64,000 nt of DNA from positions 12,779 through 76,778 of the forward strand of contig JAPLFP010000355.1 of NCBI GenBank assembly GCA_026390585.1, given 5' to 3'. The position numbers and the translations under genes were made by a program. The notes below the pieces were generated by a model, which saw nothing but the letters and a program-made list of their open reading frames with translations, ran no database searches and was not told where the DNA came from. This DNA comes from Ignavibacteriales bacterium (GTDB lineage: Bacteria > Bacteroidota > Ignavibacteria > UBA10030). Shown here in pieces: positions 58,286 through 64,000 of the stretch. How positions within the stretch are numbered: position 1 is the stretch's first letter; each line of letters starts with the position of its first letter.

Positions 58286-59692
58286 ATGACGCAAACCGCA
58301 CTGGAACGCCCTGTTTTAAGCGCTGAATTCCGAAGACAGCGAGTCATCAACTGGCTGTCTCTTGGATTTCTCTACGCGTTTTTCTACATGACCAGATACA
58401 ACTACACCGCGGTGTCCCCCATCCTCGCAGACCTTCTTGGATGGAAGAATACGGAGCTGGGCGTATTCGAGACGATCATGCCTCTCGTCTACGGACTTTC
58501 CGTTGTGCTGAACGGACCATTCGCCGACCGCATCGGCGGAAAGAAGGCGTTCCTTTTTGGGGCTGTCGGCGTTGCCCTCATGAATTTCCTTTTTGGTTTG
58601 GCAAGCCTTGCGATTGTCAGTCCGGCGGTGTGGGAAGGAACGGGGATTGCACGACACGTGGTAACACCTGCAGGTCTCAGTTACGGTTTGTCGGGGGGAA
58701 TGATTCTGACGTTGATGGCAATCGTCTGGGGTTTGAACGGTTACTTTCAGTCGTTCGGCGCCCTCTCGATTGTGAAAGTCAATGCTCAATGGTTTCATGT
58801 CAGGGAACGCGGCACGTTTGCCGGAATCTTCGGAGTGCTCATCCGGATGGGTCTGCTCCTCGCCTTCCAGGGCGTACCTCTAATTCTTCTCGTTCTCCCG
58901 TGGCAATACGCCTTCTGGATTCCCGGAGCATGTGTGGTCGTGTTGTTCATCATCAACTACTTCCTCATGCACAATTCTCCGAAGGATGCAGGATTGGGCG
59001 AATTTGAAACCGGCGATGAGGTCGAAGACGACGAGAGCAAACCATCGTCGTTGAAATTTGTCATCAGGAAGGTCTTCGCTTCACGAGTAATGTGGATGAT
59101 TGCTGTCGGTTCCATGATGATTGGATTTGTCCGGCGGAGCGTTGTCGACGCCTGGTGGCCGAAGTATTTCGTCGATTTCCATGGTGCCGACAAGAGTGGG
59201 TTCGCAACCTATCTTCCATACATCGTCGCCACGTGGGGGATTGCCCTTGCTGGTATCGCAGGCGGGTTTGTCTTTGGTATCGCTTCGGATCGCACGTTTG
59301 GCGGGCGTCGTGCACCGGTCATTGTGTTTGGGTTCCTCGGTATGGCAATCGCCCTTGCATTGTTCGGCGTTTCTGATTTCCTGAACTTTGGGCCCCTCGC
59401 TGCTGCGTGCTGCCTTGTCGTTCTCTCGTTCTGCGTGAATGGTGCGCACGGAATGATTAGCGGTGCAGCGTCGATGGACTTTGGCGGAAAGCGGGCGGTG
59501 GCGACGGCAGCCGGACTCTTCGACGGCATGCAGTATCTCGCGGGAGCATTCGTCGGCATGGGTGTTGGCTACATCACAACAAACTGGGGTTGGGGAGCCT
59601 GGCACTGGGCGCCGATTCCGTTCGCCCTTGTGGGCGCATACCTGATGTCCCGGCTCTGGAACGTCATGCCACGAGGAAGGAAGGGGCACTAA
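58286..59692 (+). CDS. MFS transporter (organophosphate:Pi antiporter / OFA-like)
   Basis: 12 predicted TM helices; MFS motif MTRYNYTAVSP region. Confidence 0.75.
   Translation: MTQTALERPVLSAEFRRQRVINWLSLGFLYAFFYMTRYNYTAVSPILADLLGWKNTELGVFETIMPLVYGLSVVLNGPFADRIGGKKAFLFGAVGVALMNFLFGLASLAIVSPAVWEGTGIARHVVTPAGLSYGLSGGMILTLMAIVWGLNGYFQSFGALSIVKVNAQWFHVRERGTFAGIFGVLIRMGLLLAFQGVPLILLVLPWQYAFWIPGACVVVLFIINYFLMHNSPKDAGLGEFETGDEVEDDESKPSSLKFVIRKVFASRVMWMIAVGSMMIGFVRRSVVDAWWPKYFVDFHGADKSGFATYLPYIVATWGIALAGIAGGFVFGIASDRTFGGRRAPVIVFGFLGMAIALALFGVSDFLNFGPLAAACCLVVLSFCVNGAHGMISGAASMDFGGKRAVATAAGLFDGMQYLAGAFVGMGVGYITTNWGWGAWHWAPIPFALVGAYLMSRLWNVMPRGRKGH
59631..59692 (+). repeat. left copy of ~60-bp direct repeat (3' end of MFS gene) bracketing the RM cassette
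   Basis: gcgcatacctgatgtcccggctctggaacgtcatgccacgaggaa is identical (45/45) to 61557-61601. Confidence 0.85.
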
Positions 59693-59852
59693 CAAAGCCG
59701 GAACCGGTTGTTTGCGGTTGGCTCATGGCTGTTAGATGTCAGCATTGCCGTGTAATAATGAGAATGCCGACGTGGAGGTTGGGTCCAATTTCTTCGCTGA
59801 ACAGATTATCGGCTCGAGTTTCGCTATCTTGGGATCAACAAAATGGAGCCAT

Positions 59853-60590
59853 ATGAGTAAAATCGACAACCTAAACAAGCACTTATCTAAGGCAATCTCC
59901 CATTATTGGCGAACTCGTCAAACACAATCTCAGAAACAGGCCAAATCTGGTCGGGCTGATCAAGGTGCACGGAGCGCAGTAACCGGCGGCGCTCATATGG
60001 ACGGATTTATCGGTCTGATCAGCGAGCTGATTGTCGATGCCGGTGCCCGTGAATCCGACATTTTCTACAATCAACATCTTGAGTTACCGGGATTCTTTCG
60101 CCCTACGAAAGAATGGGACTTTCTGATGGTGAAGGACAACCAGCTCATTCTCGCGTTGGAAGCCAAATCTCAAGTGGGCCCATCGTTTGGAAACAACTTC
60201 AATAATCGAACCGAGGAGGCTATGGGCAGCGCACTTGATTTATGGACGGCTTATCGAGAGGGTGCCTATAATAAAACGGTCAAGCCCTGGCTTGGCTATG
60301 TGTTCTTGTTGGAAGACTGCCCGGAATCCCGAAAGCCTGTGAAAGTCAAGGAGCCGCATTTCAAGGTTTTCCAAGAATTTGTAGGTGCTTCATATGCGAA
60401 GCGTTATGAGCTTTTCTGTAGAAAGCTCGTCCGAGAACGTCATTATAACGTTGCAGCCTTTCTTCTCTCCGACAAGACAAATGGAGCTAGGGGACGTTAC
60501 ACGGAACCTGCTGACGATCTGAGGTTTGACATTTTCGCCAGATCACTTGTCTCCCAAGTCACAGCCTTTGGTGTTTCGAAGAACCGATGA
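59853..60590 (+). CDS. type II restriction endonuclease, XhoI/PaeR7I-like family
   Basis: ALEAKSQVGPSFGNNFNNRTEEAMGSALDLW with a PD..(E)xK-like core recalled from the RE_XhoI family; GGAG RBS; ATGA overlap with the downstream MTase. Confidence 0.55.
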   Translation: MSKIDNLNKHLSKAISHYWRTRQTQSQKQAKSGRADQGARSAVTGGAHMDGFIGLISELIVDAGARESDIFYNQHLELPGFFRPTKEWDFLMVKDNQLILALEAKSQVGPSFGNNFNNRTEEAMGSALDLWTAYREGAYNKTVKPWLGYVFLLEDCPESRKPVKVKEPHFKVFQEFVGASYAKRYELFCRKLVRERHYNVAAFLLSDKTNGARGRYTEPADDLRFDIFARSLVSQVTAFGVSKNR

Positions 60591-61531
60591 CACCAAAAGA
60601 AAATATCGCGCGCGACATAACAACACATCGTCTCGTCCAAGGGGATGCCAGACAAGTTCCATTTCTAAAAGACCAATCTGTTCATCTTGTCATAACGTCG
60701 CCACCCTATTGGACGCTCAAGAAATACAACGAGAACCCGAGTCAACTTGGGCACATCGCGGACTATGAAGGATTTCTTGAGGAATTGTCCAAAGTGTGGC
60801 AAGAAATGTACCGCATCTTGGTGCCAGGTGGCCGTCTCGTATGCGTAGTCGGCGATGTTTGTCTCTCACGCAAGGCATATGGCCGACACGTCGTGGTTCC
60901 ATTACATTCCGACATTGCAGTCATATGTCGCAAGATTGGTTTTGACAACCTCAATCCCATTATTTGGCACAAGATTGCCAATGCCAATTATGAAATCAGC
61001 AATGGCTCAAAGTTCTTTGGTAAGCCTTACGAGCCGAATGCTATCATCAAAAACGACATCGAATTCATATTGATGGAACGGAAATCGGGGGGCTACCGTC
61101 AGCCGACCGAGCGACAACGCAAGCTCAGTATGATTTCCAAGGAAGAGTACAGCAAGTGGTTCCAGCAATTTTGGAATTTAACTGGTGCGTCTACTAAGAA
61201 ACATCCTGCTCCATTTCCAGTGGAGCTTGCGTACAGACTTGTCAGAATGTTCTCATTTGTTGGCGATACGGTAGTTGATCCTTTTTGCGGGTCGGGTACG
61301 ACGATGGTTGCGGCGATTAAAGCAGGACGAAATAGTATCGGAATTGAAATTGATCCCGAGTATTGCAAAATGGCTGAGGAGCGTCTTCGGCAAGAGAACT
61401 CGGATATTTTTTCGTCAGCCACTCTCGAGTTCATCTACCCCGCCCAAGAAATTGAGTCCAAAGTGGCGGTGGGTGATAAGCGAGCGAAATATTCAACTCG
61501 CAAGAAGAAACCCTCCAAGCAACGACCTTAG
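60587..61531 (+). CDS. DNA amino-methyltransferase (beta-class, motif IV SPPY preceding motif I FCGSGTT), cognate methylase of the RM cassette
   Basis: VITSPPYW ... DPFCGSGTTMVAA motif order. Confidence 0.8.
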   Translation: MTPKENIARDITTHRLVQGDARQVPFLKDQSVHLVITSPPYWTLKKYNENPSQLGHIADYEGFLEELSKVWQEMYRILVPGGRLVCVVGDVCLSRKAYGRHVVVPLHSDIAVICRKIGFDNLNPIIWHKIANANYEISNGSKFFGKPYEPNAIIKNDIEFILMERKSGGYRQPTERQRKLSMISKEEYSKWFQQFWNLTGASTKKHPAPFPVELAYRLVRMFSFVGDTVVDPFCGSGTTMVAAIKAGRNSIGIEIDPEYCKMAEERLRQENSDIFSSATLEFIYPAQEIESKVAVGDKRAKYSTRKKKPSKQRP

Positions 61532-61553
61532 TCATTGTTCTCGTATTACCTGT

Positions 61554-61614
61554 CGGCGCATACCTGATGTCCCGGCTCTGGAACGTCATGCCACGAGGAA
61601 AGGGAAGACACTAG
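61554..61614 (+). repeat. right copy of direct repeat bracketing the RM cassette
   Basis: see 59631-59692. Confidence 0.85.
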
Positions 61615-61653
61615 CCGATTCAAGGCTGGCCGTCTGCTCTGTGTTGTGAAAAA

Positions 61654-61690
61654 CAAGAAAGCGAGATCAGACGATCTCGCTTTCTTTTGT
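61654..61690. terminator. bidirectional rho-independent terminator (aagaaagcgagatc agac gatctcgctttctt)
   Basis: perfect 14-bp stem flanked by A-run and T-run on opposite sides. Confidence 0.7.
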
Positions 61691-61786
61691 ACAGCCCAAC
61701 TGTCCGACGGGATGACATCCCGTCGAGACTTGTCGGAGAGACGGCGTCCACTTGTCTGACGGGACTGCGTCCCGTCGCACGGAGCA

Positions 61787-62497
61787 CTATTTTTTCATCC
61801 CCCAGAGTTTCTTTGTCGCTCTCTCTAATTCCTGTCCGATCAGCTTCGGGTCAAGCGTCTTCTCCGGTTCATTCTCAAAGACGGCGTAGGGGATCTTGAA
61901 TCCTTTTACCTCGATGAAGTTCGGATCTTTCGCTTCCAGCTTCTCCCAATCATTCGTTTTGTAATAGAAGTCCATCTTCTCATCGGGCAACGAATGGTAC
62001 AGGATGGAATCTTCCTGACCTTTTCGGGCTCTGCGATGGTTCTTGCGAACGGATTCTTCGTAAGAAACCCGGATGTACATCAGCGTGACTCGACGGAGAA
62101 TGTCCTCGTGAAGACAGCTAAGCGCTTCATGGATTCCGTCGTCGCCACCGCGGGCAAACTCGATGAGTATCGTTTTCCCGTCGTGGTAGTTCGGATCACG
62201 GGCGAGCTTCTTTCGGTACTCCAGATTGATACGCTCGATGTAGAGGTTCCAGATGAAGTGCTCTTTGAACCAGTACTTCTCGTCCGTCCAGATCCGTGGT
62301 TTCGCGTGTTTGGTCAGCATGTCGTCAATTTCGAAGGTCTCCCAGACGTACACAAAGTCGTCCAGTTCTTCGAAGTCGGCGATATGAAAACGCTCCAACC
62401 GTTCTTTGGCGTCGGCTTTCTTCAGGAAGTCAATGACCTCGGACTTGCCTGCAGCAGGCCGACCGGTAATAATGAGTATCGGGAAGTTGTTGTTCAT
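61787..62497 (-). CDS. P-loop NTPase / kinase-like protein of unknown function
   Basis: Walker A ITGRPAAGKSE; weak resemblance to AAA_33/PFK2-type kinases. Confidence 0.45.
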   Translation of the reverse strand: MNNNFPILIITGRPAAGKSEVIDFLKKADAKERLERFHIADFEELDDFVYVWETFEIDDMLTKHAKPRIWTDEKYWFKEHFIWNLYIERINLEYRKKLARDPNYHDGKTILIEFARGGDDGIHEALSCLHEDILRRVTLMYIRVSYEESVRKNHRRARKGQEDSILYHSLPDEKMDFYYKTNDWEKLEAKDPNFIEVKGFKIPYAVFENEPEKTLDPKLIGQELERATKKLWGMKK

Positions 62498-62513
62498 AGT
62501 GCTCCCTAGTCAA

Positions 62514-64000
62514 TTACTTGAGTTCTTTGATCCCACCCTTCAGACTCCCCGGCACGTTTTTCATAGTACGAATCATTTTCTCGGTGGCCTTGAACACCGT
62601 TTCGTCGAGATATGTCAGCTGAGGCGTGTCAATCCCGAGGTACCGTTTCGCTTCACCCATCATATAGTCGCTGGCAGCCCCGGTGTACACGGACTCATCC
62701 TCGACAGGTTTGCCATTGACCAGAAGTTTCACAATCTCAATGTGCACGAGGCCTCGGCGTTGCCACTCACACTCCACGCCTGACATCTGAAAACCAGACC
62801 TATCGATGATGTTCTTAAGGACAATATCATGCACTTGCTTGCCGGTGAGTTTGAATGAGACCAGGATGTTCCGGAACGGCAGCACTTCAAAAAGGTCTTG
62901 CTTCGTGATCGGCCCCGGCGAGAATCTCTTGCGAATGCCGCCATTGTTCATGAAACCAAGATCCGCGCCTGCCCCTTCGCGTTGCGCCTCACAGAGGAAG
63001 TTGCCGAGACGACGGTCCGAGCCTTCCGCATTCGCCTCAACGCTCCACGTGCCGATTACCTCGCTATACTCCTTCGCGATATCGGTCTTGAAAGAATCCA
63101 CCAGCGCTGTCACCACTGTCTTCCGGTCCGGATGATACCACAGTTGATGGAGCTCCCCGCTCCATCTTGTGACGGCATGATCCTCCACCGTAAGATCGAG
63201 CACACCGAGGTTTTCGCAGTTTGCTCCCGACTGCGCAATGATCACACCGTTGATGTATTTCGGCGTCTTCAGTCGCGTGTGCGAGTGCCCCCCGATGATC
63301 ACATCGAGCCCCTTCACATTGATCGCAATCAGCGAATCCTCATCCACCCCCACATGCGTCACAGCGACCACAAGATCGACCTGAGGACGGAGCATCTCGA
63401 TCAACCGTCTGGCGATTTTGATCGCGGGCATCAGCTTTACCCCCTTGGAGCTGTTCTGATTGACCAAACCGTAGTACTCGCTCGATATGACTCCAAAGAT
63501 CCCTACTTTGATTCCGTTTTTCTCGATGATCGCATATTCCCTGTTGGTGATCGGCTTCCCGCTTTTTTCATCCATCAGATTGGCCTCCACGACGGGGAAT
63601 TTTGCCATCGCGACCAGCTTCAGGAGGTTCGCATACGAAATATCAAAGTCGTGGTTCCCTGGCGTCCACCCTTCATAGCCGATCAGATTCATCATCTCGA
63701 CGAGAGCCCCGCCGTCCACTCCTTTATAGAGACGATCGGAGATCGGGTTACCGGTCATCAAGTCGCCGGCATCAAGCACCAGCGAGGTCGTTCTGATCTT
63801 CCGGATGCTGTCAACCGTGAACGCAAGCTCGTTGAATCCGCCGACGAACGGTTTGGACGTCGACCTCAACCAATATGCCTCATGCGGGAGAAAGCTTGCG
63901 TGCATATCGTTTGTGTGGAGTATCGTGATCTGTTTCGGCTGCGAGAGAATGGGCAGCACAAAAAGCATGAGCCCGGCACCAAGGAGCGCCAGACATCTGG
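62514..64000 (-). CDS. bifunctional metallophosphatase / 5'-nucleotidase (UshA-like), 5' end beyond window
   Basis: N-terminal calcineurin-like motifs (HTNDMH, GNHDFD) and a C-terminal 5'-nucleotidase domain; the signal peptide runs off the window end. Confidence 0.8.
   Translation of the reverse strand, partial: RCLALLGAGLMLFVLPILSQPKQITILHTNDMHASFLPHEAYWLRSTSKPFVGGFNELAFTVDSIRKIRTTSLVLDAGDLMTGNPISDRLYKGVDGGALVEMMNLIGYEGWTPGNHDFDISYANLLKLVAMAKFPVVEANLMDEKSGKPITNREYAIIEKNGIKVGIFGVISSEYYGLVNQNSSKGVKLMPAIKIARRLIEMLRPQVDLVVAVTHVGVDEDSLIAINVKGLDVIIGGHSHTRLKTPKYINGVIIAQSGANCENLGVLDLTVEDHAVTRWSGELHQLWYHPDRKTVVTALVDSFKTDIAKEYSEVIGTWSVEANAEGSDRRLGNFLCEAQREGAGADLGFMNNGGIRKRFSPGPITKQDLFEVLPFRNILVSFKLTGKQVHDIVLKNIIDRSGFQMSGVECEWQRRGLVHIEIVKLLVNGKPVEDESVYTGAASDYMMGEAKRYLGIDTPQLTYLDETVFKATEKMIRTMKNVPGSLKGGIKELK

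Noticed and set aside
61695-61785. Mini CRISPR array
   Set aside because: There are only two hairpin repeat units, no unique spacers of regular length, and no cas genes anywhere in the window.

Overview
This 64-kb bacterial chromosomal window is gene-dense (about 53 protein-coding genes, no rRNA/tRNA/CRISPR detected) and carries a few small insertions. Two secreted proteins end in T9SS (Por) C-terminal sorting domains, one TonB-dependent receptor has a CarboxypepD_reg N-domain, and several Bacteroidota-style 'four-helix-bundle' features are present. Together these point to the Bacteroidota/Ignavibacteriota/Chlorobiota (FCB) group. Housekeeping and metabolic content: serC-serA-DUF1015; an oxidative-stress block (periplasmic Cu/Zn SOD, catalase); large secreted peptidases (S9, tricorn, M19, C69); GH3 and GH2 glycosidases; a four-subunit 2-oxoacid:ferredoxin oxidoreductase operon (delta-alpha-beta-gamma); YebC; SlyD; FadD; an ABC-F ATPase; transketolase; and an MFS transporter. 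Regulatory content: a GntR/ABC export operon, and a redox-type ECF sigma with two RsrA-like (ZAS) anti-sigma paralogs plus OsmC and tandem Usp. Accessory and unusual content is listed here and detailed in the findings. (1) A two-gene XhoI-family type II restriction-modification cassette sits at the 3' end of the MFS gene, bracketed by a ~60-bp direct duplication of that gene's terminus (insertion with long target duplication). (2) A DUF559 (Vsr-like endonuclease fold) gene lies between sodC and a diverged ~175-bp copy of the sodC 3' end plus terminator. (3) A ~1000-aa single-chain type IIG restriction-modification enzyme carries an in-frame insertion made of GC-rich hairpin repeats and has a low-GC target-recognition region. 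(4) A MITE-like palindromic repeat family (GTCATTGCGAG...CTCGCAATGAC) is present in at least 3 copies. (5) A '23S-rRNA-IVS-like' cassette has a four-helix-bundle protein gene flanked by A/T-rich inverted arms, and an empty copy of the same arm structure occurs elsewhere. Several candidate operators and terminators, a probable CUG start for tkt, and a probable frameshift in an OsmC gene are also reported.
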